Shown one piece after another: positions 19,256-29,385 of a DNA stretch of 64,000 bases (its first letter is position 1; the number at the start of each line of letters is the position of its first letter). The notes beneath the pieces are model-generated. The model was not told the DNA's origin. It made no database searches and worked only from the letters and a program-made list of their open reading frames with translations. The stretch is taken from contig CBDUPA010000018.1 in NCBI GenBank assembly GCA_965368975.1, forward strand, positions 1 through 64,000, in the 5' to 3' direction. The position numbers and the translations under genes were made by a program. The stretch is from an uncultured bacterium. GTDB taxonomy: Bacteria > Acidobacteriota > Thermoanaerobaculia > Multivoradales > JAHZIX01.

Positions 19256-21160
19256 CTACGATGCAGGCCCGATACTCAGCGGCAGACTGACGACCGAACC
19301 GCCGGTCGTGTCCCCCTGTGAAATGCCGACCGCTACCCGCTGCTCACCGGCCAGCAGGCGCATCGGCAGCTGGGCGCCGTAGAACTGACCGCGCGCGGCT
19401 TCCAGCTGCGCGCTCGGGATGCGAATCGCCATCGGCATCGAGCGCACCGGCGTCAGCTGTCCCTCCGGTGTTTGCGTCACGACCGACAGTTGCAGCTCCG
19501 CTACGTGTTGCCCTTCGGCCGGCGCCAGTTCCAGGCTGTCGATCGGGATGCGCAGGAGCAGCGTCACCAGGAACTGTCCCTCTGCTTCCGGCACCGGCTC
19601 CGACGAGGCGATCTCGAGTTCGAGGCCGTGACGGTTCCCCCCGCTCCCCAGCAACAGCGCGCTGAGCAGGGCGTCCTGCATCGGCTCGCGGTTCACCGGC
19701 CGCGCGACGTACCCCTCGCGGTAGCGCAGCTCGACGCCGCGCCGACGCTGCTCGAGTTCAACTTCGATTTCACGGTACTCCCCCTCCTCCTCCTGCGCTG
19801 GCTTGGCGGAGTAGCCCAGGGAGTAGTAGGCGTCGAAGTCCCGCTGCACCTTGCCCAAGAGGCCTTCGATGTCCGTGCCGCTGGCCAGAGCCACGCCACC
19901 CGTCGCATCGGCCAGAAAGCGCAGGCTCTCGCGCATGTTGCTCTGGTCGGCCGCCAGAAAGCCGGCAGTCGACTGCATGTGGAAGGCGGCACCGCCTCCA
20001 TCATCGGCTCCGAGCACGGCGCCAGCGCCAGCGTCGGCGTTGATCGGATAGAAGGTGACGCGGTTGGCATTGGCTACAGCGGTCAGCTGCTGAAAATGCG
20101 GCACGGTGCTGTAGCCAGCGATCTCCCCCTGAAGACGGCCGATATCGCGCAGTCGATCGTCGGTGATGCCACCCAGGGACGACTCCTGGGGCGCACCGCT
20201 GCCTGTGTCTTCACCGCCGCGGCCGAAACCACCGCCGGCCGAGTCAGCGTTGTCTCTCGGTCGTCGCGCCCCGAAGGCACCGGCATCGCGGAAGGCACTC
20301 TGCATGGCGGTGACCAGATCCTCTCCAGGATGCAGCGGCAGACCATCGCTGACGTAGATCAGGGCCTTGCGCCCCGGCAAGCCGGCCATGGCATGCACGA
20401 AGGACGTCATGGCGTTGGTCGCCTCGACGACATCGCGGTACGCCGACTCAGCGTACATCGGCACCTGGAAGATCATGCTGTCAGCTTCGATGCGGGCCAT
20501 CTCCTCGCCACGCGAATTGGACCCCTCGGCCAGCAGGCGGAAAATGCTGTCGATGCTGGCCATGTATCCTTGGCGCTCGAGAGCTCGGGACAGCGTCGCC
20601 GTGGGCTGGTTCGCCAACGCCGTCATGGCCTGCTGAATCTCCTGCTGGTCACTGGTGAAGCCTTGGATCAGGTTCACCGAACCGTTGAAGTCGACGAACA
20701 TCACCCGCAGATCCTGACGGTCTTGGTCTTCCAAGAAACCTTGCAGACGCTGCAGCACACGGTTGCGATTCGGGATCTCGATGTTGGTGTTGTCGACCAT
20801 CACGATCAGGTGTAGTGGGTCCGTCGGCGCCTGCGACGCGGCGGCCGCGCTCCCCTCCTGACCAGCCTCAGGTGTGGCCGCTGCACCGGCTGCCGCTGGG
20901 CGACGATCGATCGCGTTGAAATACTCGACGCGCACCTTGCGGCCGTCCTCCTCGATCACGAAATCGTCGGCGGTCAGCCCTGTTACCGGGTTGCCATCAC
21001 GATCCGTGACATAGACATCCACGGTCACGACGTTGACATCCACGGCTTCGCCGAAGCGACTATCGCCACGCTGCGCGCGCGAGGGCGCGGCGGCGAGGAC
21101 GGAAAAGACGAGAATCAGGACAGCCGCAAGGGCCAGGCGTCGAAGGCATCGGATCTGCAT
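19256..21160 (-). CDS. Acidobacterial VWFA-related secreted protein (paralog 2)
   Basis: Same motif set (VTVDVYVTD, PGRKALIYVSDG, ATGG, YYSLGY). Signal peptide from ATG 21160. Confidence 0.88.
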   Translation of the reverse strand: MQIRCLRRLALAAVLILVFSVLAAAPSRAQRGDSRFGEAVDVNVVTVDVYVTDRDGNPVTGLTADDFVIEEDGRKVRVEYFNAIDRRPAAAGAAATPEAGQEGSAAAASQAPTDPLHLIVMVDNTNIEIPNRNRVLQRLQGFLEDQDRQDLRVMFVDFNGSVNLIQGFTSDQQEIQQAMTALANQPTATLSRALERQGYMASIDSIFRLLAEGSNSRGEEMARIEADSMIFQVPMYAESAYRDVVEATNAMTSFVHAMAGLPGRKALIYVSDGLPLHPGEDLVTAMQSAFRDAGAFGARRPRDNADSAGGGFGRGGEDTGSGAPQESSLGGITDDRLRDIGRLQGEIAGYSTVPHFQQLTAVANANRVTFYPINADAGAGAVLGADDGGGAAFHMQSTAGFLAADQSNMRESLRFLADATGGVALASGTDIEGLLGKVQRDFDAYYSLGYSAKPAQEEEGEYREIEVELEQRRRGVELRYREGYVARPVNREPMQDALLSALLLGSGGNRHGLELEIASSEPVPEAEGQFLVTLLLRIPIDSLELAPAEGQHVAELQLSVVTQTPEGQLTPVRSMPMAIRIPSAQLEAARGQFYGAQLPMRLLAGEQRVAVGISQGDTTGGSVVSLPLSIGPAS

Positions 21161-21237
21161 ATGTTGTTTCCCTCTCGAGTACCCGGATCGCGGCAACTCT
21201 GTTTCGCAGCGCGCAGCGATCCGCAAGTCAGGGTGAT

Positions 21238-23070
21238 TCAGGGTGCGCCGGCGCCGCTATCCGTAGCGTCTGCCGGAACAGTCGCCGCGGCGCTGGCATC
21301 GAAACTCGTGGTGACGTACGAAGCTATAGCAGCGATGGTGTCGAGGACACCGACCGCCAGTCGTTGCTCACCGCCGCGCACGTCCAGCTGTACCGTGAAA
21401 CCGAAGTCCTGCGTGGCAGCGAGACGCACCTTGTCCGGTGGAATGCTCACGGGCACATCCATCTCATGCATCGACGACAAGCGCCCACCTACCTGCTCGC
21501 CGAGCACCAGGAAAACCTTCAGGCGCGCCTGGTGCGTCCCTTCGTGCGGGATCAGTGCCAGCTGTGAGATCGGGATACGAACCAGTACCGGCACGCGGTA
21601 GGTGTCGCGACTTTGGCGCGTCCCCGCGTCGACTTCGACGCGGATCCCCATCGGGTTGGACTCCTGTCCTAGAAACAGCGCCGACAGCGTGTGGGCTCCG
21701 GCCAGCTCGGAGCGCGACTTCTTGCGGTAACCAGTGCGGTGACGCACTTCGACGCCGCGCCGGTTGCCGCGGCTGCCTTCACGCAGGCGCACTTCGATTT
21801 TGCGGTCCGGATCGGCGCCCTCGCCAGCCCCCCCTTCACCGGCGAGATATCCCAGCGAGTAGTAGCTGTCGAAGTCCGACGCGACGCGCTCGATGGCACG
21901 GTTGAAGCGGTTCAGGTTGAGTAGTGGCTGGCCTCCGGTTTCGATCGCTAGCGTGCGCAGACCGGCGTTACCATTCTCGCGCCGGATCGCTTCTTCGAAC
22001 GAACTCCACACCGGCTGAGAGCGGAAGACGTTACCCCCCGTGCGTTCGGCGCTGATGTTGTCGAAACGCTCGTAGCCGCCGGCATTGAGGGTGTAGAAGG
22101 TCACGCGGTGGGCGTTGGCATTCGCGGTCAGCTCACGGTAGAAGCGGTGCAAGTCGAGCACCGAGGCTTCGACCTCGGGACGACTCATCGAGCAGTCGTC
22201 GGAAGAACCCGAGAACCGGTTCCACCAGGCATAGTACAGTTCCTCGGCCGGCCGCTGCTGCAAGCCACTGCTCAGATGCAGCACCGCTTTGCGGCCTGGA
22301 ATCCCTTCCAGACTAGTCACGAACTGCGACATCGCATCCATCGACGCCTGCGTCTCAGAGTAGATTTGCTGCGCTAGGGCACGCACGCCTGAACCGAGCA
22401 GACAAGGGTCGCCGCTGAGGGTGTCACCAATGATCTGGCGCAGCAAGATGTCGTATTCGCGCTGCAGGGTGGCGCGGCGGCTGATCCCGAGTTCCAACCC
22501 CTCCAGAGCGTCGAACAGAACCTCGCCATCCCCGGTCAACGGGGTATGGACCTCGATGGTCCGGTCGAAGCTGACCAGCATCGCCCGGTCCCCTGTTGCC
22601 AAACGCTCGCTCAGAAACTCGCGCAGTTCCTTGAACGCCTTGTTACGGTGCTTGGGCAGCAAGTTGAAATCGTCGACGTAGAGGATCAAGCTCAGCTGCT
22701 GCTCCGGCGCCGGGGACGATGCTGATGTGGCAGCCTCCTCGACGGGGGTTTCCTCGGCGGCAGCCACAGGATCCAGCACGGGCTTGCCCGCTTCGACGAC
22801 GTAGAAATTGGTCACCTCGACCGGCTCGCCATCTTCGAACACTTCGAAGTCGTCGATGGTCAGGCCGGTCACCGGCTCGTCGTCGTCGGTGACGTAGACC
22901 TCTAGATTCACCAGGTTGACGTCGACAACATCGACGAACAAGTCGGTGGCTGGTTCCTCTTGTGCGACCAGCGGCGGGGCACTGAGCAGCAGGCAGCAGA
23001 ACCAGGCGAGCAGGAGCAGAGGTGTCGCGGGGTTCCGTCGCAGGGAGCCCCCCTCGATGTCAGCGCACAT
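21238..23070 (-). CDS. Acidobacterial VWFA-related secreted protein (paralog 3)
   Basis: VNLEVYVTD, PGRKAVLHLSSG, ETGG, YYSLGY. Start approximate. Confidence 0.86.
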   Translation of the reverse strand: MCADIEGGSLRRNPATPLLLLAWFCCLLLSAPPLVAQEEPATDLFVDVVDVNLVNLEVYVTDDDEPVTGLTIDDFEVFEDGEPVEVTNFYVVEAGKPVLDPVAAAEETPVEEAATSASSPAPEQQLSLILYVDDFNLLPKHRNKAFKELREFLSERLATGDRAMLVSFDRTIEVHTPLTGDGEVLFDALEGLELGISRRATLQREYDILLRQIIGDTLSGDPCLLGSGVRALAQQIYSETQASMDAMSQFVTSLEGIPGRKAVLHLSSGLQQRPAEELYYAWWNRFSGSSDDCSMSRPEVEASVLDLHRFYRELTANANAHRVTFYTLNAGGYERFDNISAERTGGNVFRSQPVWSSFEEAIRRENGNAGLRTLAIETGGQPLLNLNRFNRAIERVASDFDSYYSLGYLAGEGGAGEGADPDRKIEVRLREGSRGNRRGVEVRHRTGYRKKSRSELAGAHTLSALFLGQESNPMGIRVEVDAGTRQSRDTYRVPVLVRIPISQLALIPHEGTHQARLKVFLVLGEQVGGRLSSMHEMDVPVSIPPDKVRLAATQDFGFTVQLDVRGGEQRLAVGVLDTIAAIASYVTTSFDASAAATVPADATDSGAGAP

Positions 23071-24898
23071 CGACGCTGCCTCCCGAAGAATCTGTACTGA
23101 CGCCACTAGCAACACGAGTCTCAGCGCTGGTACTGGCTTCCCCGCTACGGAAGGTATGGTTGACGTAGGAGGCCGTCGCCGCGATGGCGTCGAGCACGCC
23201 GACCGCCAAGGACTGCTCACCAGCGCGCACGTCGACCTGCGCGGTGAAGCCAAAATCCTGCGTCGCGGCGGCACGCACTTTTTCCGGCGGGATGCGCACC
23301 GGGACGTCCATCTCGTGCATCGCCGAAACGCGGCCGCCACCAGGGCCGTCCGCAACCACGAAGAAGACCTTCAGGCGCGCCTGGTGCGTTCCTTCGTGCG
23401 GGATCAATGCCAGCTGGGCGATCGGAATGCGCACCAGCACCGGCACGCGGTAGACATCTCTATCTTGCAGCGTGCCCTCGCCGATCTCGACTCGGATGCC
23501 CATCGGGTTGGACTCCTGCCCCAGGTAGAGCGCCGACAACGTCTGGGCCGCCGCCAGCTGGACCCGAGACTTCTTACGGTAGCCGGTACGGTGCCGCACC
23601 TCGACGCCGCGACGTCGCTCACCGCTGGGTCCCACCTTCAGGCGAACCTCGATCGTGCGGTCGGCGTCCTCCCCTTCACCGGCCAGGTAACCCAGGGAGT
23701 AGTAGCTATCGAAATCCGACGCGACCTGCTGGATCGCGCGGGTGAAGCGGTTCAGGTTGAGCAGCGGCTGACCACCGGTCTCGATCGCCAAGGTGCGCAA
23801 GCCGGCGTTGTTGTTCTCACGCCGGATGGCTTCCTCGAAGGAACTCCACACCGGCTGCGAGCGCAACACGTCGCCGCGCGTCGAGTCGGCACCGATGCTC
23901 TGGAAGCGCTCATAGCCGCCAGCGTTGAGCGTGTAGAAGGTCACCCGGTGGGCATTGGCATGCGCCGCCAGCTCGCGATAAAAGCGCTGCAGGTCGAAGG
24001 ACTGCGCCTCGAACTGTGGCTGGCTCATGCCGCAGTCGTCGGCATTACCGGAAAACTGGTTCCACCAGGCATAGTACAGCTCTTCGGCCGGTCGCTGCTG
24101 GAGCCCGCTGCTCAGGTGCAGCAAGGCCTTGCGCCCTGGGATGCCTTCGAGACCAGTGACGAAACGGGACATAGCCTGCATCGACAAGCGCGTCTCTTCG
24201 TACACCTGCTGCGCCAGCGCGCGCACTCCTCCACTCAGCGAGCAGGCCTCGATACCGAAGTCGAGAGCCCCGTCTGCGTTGATGATCTGCCGGATCAAGC
24301 GCGTGTACTCGCGCTGCAGCACGTCGCGGCGGCTGGTCCGGCGCTGCAGGCTCTTGAGCGCGGTGAAGAGGACATCAGGGTCGCTGGAGAGCGCCGTGTG
24401 TACCTCGATGCTCCGGTCGTAGCTGACCAGCATTGCCCTGTCGCCAAGATCGAGCCGCTGCAACAGGAAGTCGTGCAGCTCGTCGAACGCCTTGTTGCGG
24501 TGTCGCGGTAGCAGGTTGAAGTCGTCGACGTAGACGATCAGGCTCAGTTGCTGGTCAGGGTTGACCGCGGCGGGCTCGGACTGCAACTCCGGTACCGATG
24601 CCGCCTCGGGCTCGTCCCCCAAGAGCACTGGCTTGCCGGCTTCGACACCGTAGAAGTTGGTCAGCGTCACCGGCTCACCATCTTCGAGCACCTCGAAGTC
24701 GTCGATCGTCAGGCCGCTCACAGGCTCGCCATCGTCGGTGACGTAGACTTCCAGGTTGACCAGGTTGACGTCGATGACGTCGACGAACAGATCACTGCCC
24801 TCGTCCGCAGCCGCCTGAGCTTGCGCCACCGATCCCGCGACCGCCAGCAGCCAGCAGGCCACCACAAAACAGACAGACTTCGACCACGGCTTGCGCAT
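23060..24898 (-). CDS. Acidobacterial VWFA-related secreted protein (paralog 4, close duplicate of paralog 3)
   Basis: Long stretches identical to paralog 3 (QQRPAEELYYAWWN, QPVWSSFEEAIRREN, ALIPHEGTHQARLKVF). Signal peptide MRKPWSK... Confidence 0.88.
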   Translation of the reverse strand: MRKPWSKSVCFVVACWLLAVAGSVAQAQAAADEGSDLFVDVIDVNLVNLEVYVTDDGEPVSGLTIDDFEVLEDGEPVTLTNFYGVEAGKPVLLGDEPEAASVPELQSEPAAVNPDQQLSLIVYVDDFNLLPRHRNKAFDELHDFLLQRLDLGDRAMLVSYDRSIEVHTALSSDPDVLFTALKSLQRRTSRRDVLQREYTRLIRQIINADGALDFGIEACSLSGGVRALAQQVYEETRLSMQAMSRFVTGLEGIPGRKALLHLSSGLQQRPAEELYYAWWNQFSGNADDCGMSQPQFEAQSFDLQRFYRELAAHANAHRVTFYTLNAGGYERFQSIGADSTRGDVLRSQPVWSSFEEAIRRENNNAGLRTLAIETGGQPLLNLNRFTRAIQQVASDFDSYYSLGYLAGEGEDADRTIEVRLKVGPSGERRRGVEVRHRTGYRKKSRVQLAAAQTLSALYLGQESNPMGIRVEIGEGTLQDRDVYRVPVLVRIPIAQLALIPHEGTHQARLKVFFVVADGPGGGRVSAMHEMDVPVRIPPEKVRAAATQDFGFTAQVDVRAGEQSLAVGVLDAIAATASYVNHTFRSGEASTSAETRVASGVSTDSSGGSVDVR

Positions 24899-25069
24899 GG
24901 CAGCTCCTTCTTGGGTGATTCCACCGCACGAGGTAATAAAGATCTTCGTCAGCATGGGCAGGTCTTTAGAAGCAAGGAACGCGCCACAGGGGAGCACTAT
25001 TCCCCAGACCACGAGGACGGGCCTCGGGCCGGCAAGGAAGAGGGAAACTGTCCGCCAAAGAGGACAGTC

Positions 25070-25900
25070 TCAGTCGGCCCGTGAGAACAACCCGTAGAGG
25101 TGATCGACCGGCCCGTGGCCACTGCCCAGCGGGTAGGCATGCCGCAGCGCACCTTGGAGATACTCAATGGCGCCCGCAACCGCTCCGGCCAACGCCTCGC
25201 CGCGGCCGAGCCGCGCTGCGATGGCGGACGACAGCGTGCAGCCGGTACCGTGCGTCGAGGAGGTCTCCACGCGCGCATGCTCGAACCGGTGCACAGTGTC
25301 CCCGTCGTGCAGCCAGTCCACCAGCACATCGCCGTCACCGTGACCGCCCTTGAGCAGAACTGCCGGTGCCAGGTCGCGCAGTTCTTCCAGCACGTCGAGG
25401 CGCTGCGCCTCGGACGTCAGATCATCTTCGGGGCGACGCAGCAGGCGGGCAGCCTCGGGGAGATTCGGCGTGATCACCGTTGCCAGCGGTAGCAGCTCGC
25501 GCTGCAGCGTCTCGACGGCGTCGTCGCGCAGCAGGGCGGCACCGCTCTTGGACACCATGACCGGATCGAGCACGATCGGGATGCGCTCTGGCAAGGCGTG
25601 CCGCTGTAGGCCAGCGACCACCGCGTGGATGATCGGCACGCTCGACAGCATGCCGATCTTGACCGCATCCGCGCCAATGTCCTCGAACACCGCTTCGATC
25701 TGCGCTTCCACTACGTCCGCCGGCACGTCGTGCACCGCCGTCACGGTCAGCGTATTCTGCGCCGTGATCGCCGTCACCACACTCATGCCATAGCCGCCGT
25801 GGGCGGCAAAGGTCTTGAGATCGGCCTGCAGACCTGCACCGCCGCCGGAGTCCGAGCCGGCAATGGTCAGCAGTCGTGGTGGCGAGGCGGCGGTCGTCAA
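25070..25900 (-). CDS. thiD: Hydroxymethylpyrimidine/phosphomethylpyrimidine kinase
   Basis: TIAGSDSGGGAGLQADLKT, TAQNT, KIGML, DPVM, TPNLPEA, KGGH, THGTGCTLS. Confidence 0.96.
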   Translation of the reverse strand: MTTAASPPRLLTIAGSDSGGGAGLQADLKTFAAHGGYGMSVVTAITAQNTLTVTAVHDVPADVVEAQIEAVFEDIGADAVKIGMLSSVPIIHAVVAGLQRHALPERIPIVLDPVMVSKSGAALLRDDAVETLQRELLPLATVITPNLPEAARLLRRPEDDLTSEAQRLDVLEELRDLAPAVLLKGGHGDGDVLVDWLHDGDTVHRFEHARVETSSTHGTGCTLSSAIAARLGRGEALAGAVAGAIEYLQGALRHAYPLGSGHGPVDHLYGLFSRAD

Positions 25901-26751
25901 CGATTCCCCTTGCGCCCGCTGCTCCTGCGCAGACGATCCGACGCCTGGGGCGGCTCAGCGTCGCGGTTCGGACGCCGCCACAAGAAAATCACCAACACCA
26001 GCACCAGCACGCCGACGCTGATGCCCTGGGCCAGCGTGAAACCGCCAAACATCCGGTCATCCTTGGCGCGCAGGAACTCCACCAGGAAGCGCTCGATGGC
26101 GAGCAGGCTGAGCACCGCTGTCGCCACCACGCCCGGCCCGGGCTGGCGCCGCAGCAGCCATAGGCCGAGGCCCCAGATGAGCAACGCCGCCAGTGTCTCG
26201 TACGCCTGCGTCGGATGCACCGCCAGCACCTGGGAATCCGGAATGCCCGACGCCACGTCGACGCCGAACAGGTCGCGCAGGTTGCCGGCGGTCGACGGTG
26301 GGATGCCGCGCTCGAAGGCGACGCCCCAGGGCAGATCCGTCGGCCGGCCGTAGTCGTCGCCGACCAACAGGCAACCGACCCGACCCACCGCGTAGCCGAT
26401 GGCCAGTGCCGGGGCGGCGGCGTCCAGAGTACGCCACGGGGGTAGGCGGCGCTGGAAAACGACCCACAGGATCAGCGCCGACGCCAGCAGGAAGCCGCCG
26501 TACCAAACCAGGCCGGAGCGCGAGAAGAGGGAACTCCACTCGCCGATCAGAGCCGCGTAGTAGATCTTGGCACCGAGAATGCCACCGAAACCCGCCGCCA
26601 CGACGATCGTGCTGGCGTCGTCGTCGGTACCCACGTCCAGGCGACGCATGCCGGAACGCAGTTGAAAGAAGGCGGCCACGAAAGCCAGGACCATGGTCAC
26701 CCCGAAGGGGCTGACCGCGAAGGAACCAATCCGAAATAGCTCAGGCAACAT
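25897..26751 (-). CDS. lgt: Prolipoprotein diacylglyceryl transferase
   Basis: GLVWYGG, GRVGCLL.GD.YG.PT.LPWG, HPTQ.YE, RFLVEF.R. Confidence 0.9.
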   Translation of the reverse strand: MLPELFRIGSFAVSPFGVTMVLAFVAAFFQLRSGMRRLDVGTDDDASTIVVAAGFGGILGAKIYYAALIGEWSSLFSRSGLVWYGGFLLASALILWVVFQRRLPPWRTLDAAAPALAIGYAVGRVGCLLVGDDYGRPTDLPWGVAFERGIPPSTAGNLRDLFGVDVASGIPDSQVLAVHPTQAYETLAALLIWGLGLWLLRRQPGPGVVATAVLSLLAIERFLVEFLRAKDDRMFGGFTLAQGISVGVLVLVLVIFLWRRPNRDAEPPQASDRLRRSSGRKGNR

Positions 26752-26830
26752 GGCGCGTACTCTATATTGCTTAGGCTGGCTCCGCCAGCGATGGAGGGCT
26801 AGCGCCGGCTGCGCCAGCGGCGGGATTGGA

Positions 26831-27955
26831 TCAGGCCAGTTCGGCGAGGGCCGTCGCGACCTCTTCCAGCTCCGCCGGGGTGATACCAGCGAACAACGGC
26901 AAGTTGAGCACGCCGCCGCACAGCCGCTCGGCCCGCTCACCACCCAGGCGTCCTTCGAGGTGCGCCGCTGCCGCAGGCTGCGACGACATGGCCCCTGGGT
27001 AGACGACGCCGAAGCCGATACCGCGCTGGCGCAGTCCCTCTTCGATCCGCGCCCGTGCCGCGGGATCGAAGCGCAGTACGTTCAGGTAGCCATTCTCCTT
27101 GCACCCTGGCGGCGGTGCAGCGATCTCGAAGCCTAGCGCCTCGGTGAGGCCGCGCGCCGGCAATTCTCGCTGGTACCACGCTGCCGCCTGTCGCCGCGAT
27201 GTCAGGCGCTGCTCGATGTAGTCGAGGCTCAGAGTCAAGTACGCCGCGTCGAGCCCAGACATGCGGCTGTTCCAGCCCACCAGGCCATATGCGTAGTGGT
27301 CCGTGCGGCCATGGTTGCCCAGTCGCCGCACCGTCGTCGCTAGCTCGGCCGAGCTACAGAGAACCGCCCCGGCGTCACCGCAGGCACCCAGCACCTTGGC
27401 CGGATAGAACGACAGTGTCGCCAGCTGCGCCTCTCGCCACACCGATGCACCGTTCCAGGTCACTCCGTAGACCTGAGCGCCATCCTCGATCAGCGTGATG
27501 TCGCGCTCGGCGCACAGCTGCCGGAAGGCGTCGAGGCGGCCCGACACCCAGCCATACAGATGTACCAGAATCGCCGCCTTCGGCCGGTACTGCTCCACTG
27601 CCTGGGCAAACAGCTCGAAGTCCATCTGCAGATCCTGCTCGTCGATGTCCACCGTAACGACTCGTGCGCCGCAGTTGACTACCGCCTCGAACGTCGCCCA
27701 GAAGGTCGCGTCGGGGATCACCACCACGTCCCCCGGCCCCACACCGGCCGCACGCAGCGCCAGCTGCAAAGCGTCCGTGCCATTGGCACAACCCACCACA
27801 TGCATGCCGCTCTCTTGCCCCAGACGCGCCTCCAGCTCGGCCACCCGTGGACCGCCGACGAATTGTGTGTTGACGGTGACATCGCGACAGGTCTCGACCC
27901 AGCGGTCGAGGAAGCCGTCTTCGAAGCGTTGCAGATCGATGAAGGGAACGGGCAT
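26831..27955 (-). CDS. DegT/DnrJ/EryC1/StrS family PLP aminotransferase
   Basis: NGTDAL, VHLYG, IEDGAQ, SFYPAKVLGACGDAG, GWNSRM. Confidence 0.93.
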   Translation of the reverse strand: MPVPFIDLQRFEDGFLDRWVETCRDVTVNTQFVGGPRVAELEARLGQESGMHVVGCANGTDALQLALRAAGVGPGDVVVIPDATFWATFEAVVNCGARVVTVDIDEQDLQMDFELFAQAVEQYRPKAAILVHLYGWVSGRLDAFRQLCAERDITLIEDGAQVYGVTWNGASVWREAQLATLSFYPAKVLGACGDAGAVLCSSAELATTVRRLGNHGRTDHYAYGLVGWNSRMSGLDAAYLTLSLDYIEQRLTSRRQAAAWYQRELPARGLTEALGFEIAAPPPGCKENGYLNVLRFDPAARARIEEGLRQRGIGFGVVYPGAMSSQPAAAAHLEGRLGGERAERLCGGVLNLPLFAGITPAELEEVATALAELA

Positions 27956-28066
27956 GGTACCTCCGTGGGAACTAAGGGCAGGCTCGGCGACGGTTCTCGA
28001 CCATCGAGCTGCGATTCTAGCCCGCCTATCGGCCAGATGCCGCTTTGGCTATAGGATTAGAGACCA

Positions 28067-29383
28067 ATGCCCCTTCTCGAACAGCTTCGCCACACTCTTC
28101 ACTACCTGAGGCGTCGGCCCATGCACCGACACATGGTGCGCGAGCTGCGACGAGCACTGGGCCTGATCGTGGACATGGAAGCACTGGCCAGCAACATCCA
28201 TGCGCGCTTGCACGAGATGTTCGACCCGGACACGGTTCTGCTGCTCCACCTCGACCAGACTTCCGGACGCTACTTGCCCACGTACAACGGTAGATCGGCA
28301 ACCGACCCTGTACCGCAGGTACCTGCCGACGGGCACCTCAGCCGCTGGCTTCGGGTCAACGAGAGCTGCCTACTGCTGCCGCGAGACCGGGCCGTCTACG
28401 ACTACTTGCGACCCGCCGAGCAGCAGGTCCTCGACCGCTTCGGCATCCGCCTGTTGGCACCGCTGCTGGCCGCGAACCATCTCAGCGGCATGATCCTGCT
28501 GGGCTGGACGCGGCCGCGCTATCTCAACAGTCGCGATGCCGAGTTGCTGCAAGAGGTCGCTGAACCAGCCAGTCTGGCCCTCGAGAATGCGCTCCTCTAC
28601 CACGAGCAGCGCGAGCGGCTGGACCGCCTACACAAAGCCGAGCGACTGGCCGCGATCGGACAACTGGCAGCCGGAGTTGCGCACGAAGTTCGCAACCCGC
28701 TAGCCGCGATCCGCTCGACCATGCAGTACTTGGCACAGCGCCCCTCCGTATCTCGAAGGGCTCAGAGCTCCGAGGCGAGAGATGGAACCCCCGAGGAAGA
28801 GTGGCGCACCCTGGTCGGTGACTTGATCACCGAAGTGGACCGCATCGATGCCACGGTCAACGATCTGCTCGGCCTGGCACGCAGCGGCGACCTGCGTACA
28901 CAGCGGATCGATCCTCTGCTGCCACTGCAACAGGCGGTGCGCCTCCTCGCCGCCAAGGCGCGCAAGCAGAAAGTGCAGCTGGAGTCCAGTTTCGAACTCG
29001 GGTGCTTCGAGATCGAGGGCGACGGAGATCGCCTCAAGCAAGTCTTCCTCAATCTGTTGATCAATGCGCTCCAGGCAACCCCCGCTGGCGGCCGCATCCG
29101 TAGCTCCGCAGGAGCTTGGTCCACGACCACCAGCAGGGGGGCACGGCCGTGGGTCGAGATCTCGATCACTGACACCGGCAGCGGCATTTCTCAGGACCAG
29201 TTGGCACGAATCTTCGACCCGTTCTTCACCACCAAACGAGACGGCACCGGCCTGGGTCTGGCCGTCTGCCAGAGCATCGTCGAACGTCACGGCGGGCGCC
29301 TGCGCTTGCAGAGCCGCCCCAGGCAAGGCACCATTGCCCTGGTACGCCTACCGTGGGCAGCGACCGCCGCCGGAGAAACCTGA
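28067..29383 (+). CDS. Cytoplasmic GAF-like sensor histidine kinase
   Basis: ERLAAIGQLAAGVAHEVRNPL (H-box), QVFLNLLINA, DTGSGI, FDPFFTTK, GTGLGL. No TM segment. Confidence 0.92.
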   Translation: MPLLEQLRHTLHYLRRRPMHRHMVRELRRALGLIVDMEALASNIHARLHEMFDPDTVLLLHLDQTSGRYLPTYNGRSATDPVPQVPADGHLSRWLRVNESCLLLPRDRAVYDYLRPAEQQVLDRFGIRLLAPLLAANHLSGMILLGWTRPRYLNSRDAELLQEVAEPASLALENALLYHEQRERLDRLHKAERLAAIGQLAAGVAHEVRNPLAAIRSTMQYLAQRPSVSRRAQSSEARDGTPEEEWRTLVGDLITEVDRIDATVNDLLGLARSGDLRTQRIDPLLPLQQAVRLLAAKARKQKVQLESSFELGCFEIEGDGDRLKQVFLNLLINALQATPAGGRIRSSAGAWSTTTSRGARPWVEISITDTGSGISQDQLARIFDPFFTTKRDGTGLGLAVCQSIVERHGGRLRLQSRPRQGTIALVRLPWAATAAGET

Positions 29384-29385
29384 GT

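Noticed and set aside
25897-27955. lgt and DegT aminotransferase as members of the lipopeptide cluster
   Set aside because: They are transcribed away from the block together with thiD, I saw no sigma-54/UAS motifs upstream, and the precursor has no signal peptide or lipobox.
27956-28066. att-site copy of the tRNA-Glu 3' end at the left border of the island
   Set aside because: No match seen by eye and no integrase, so no mobile element was called.
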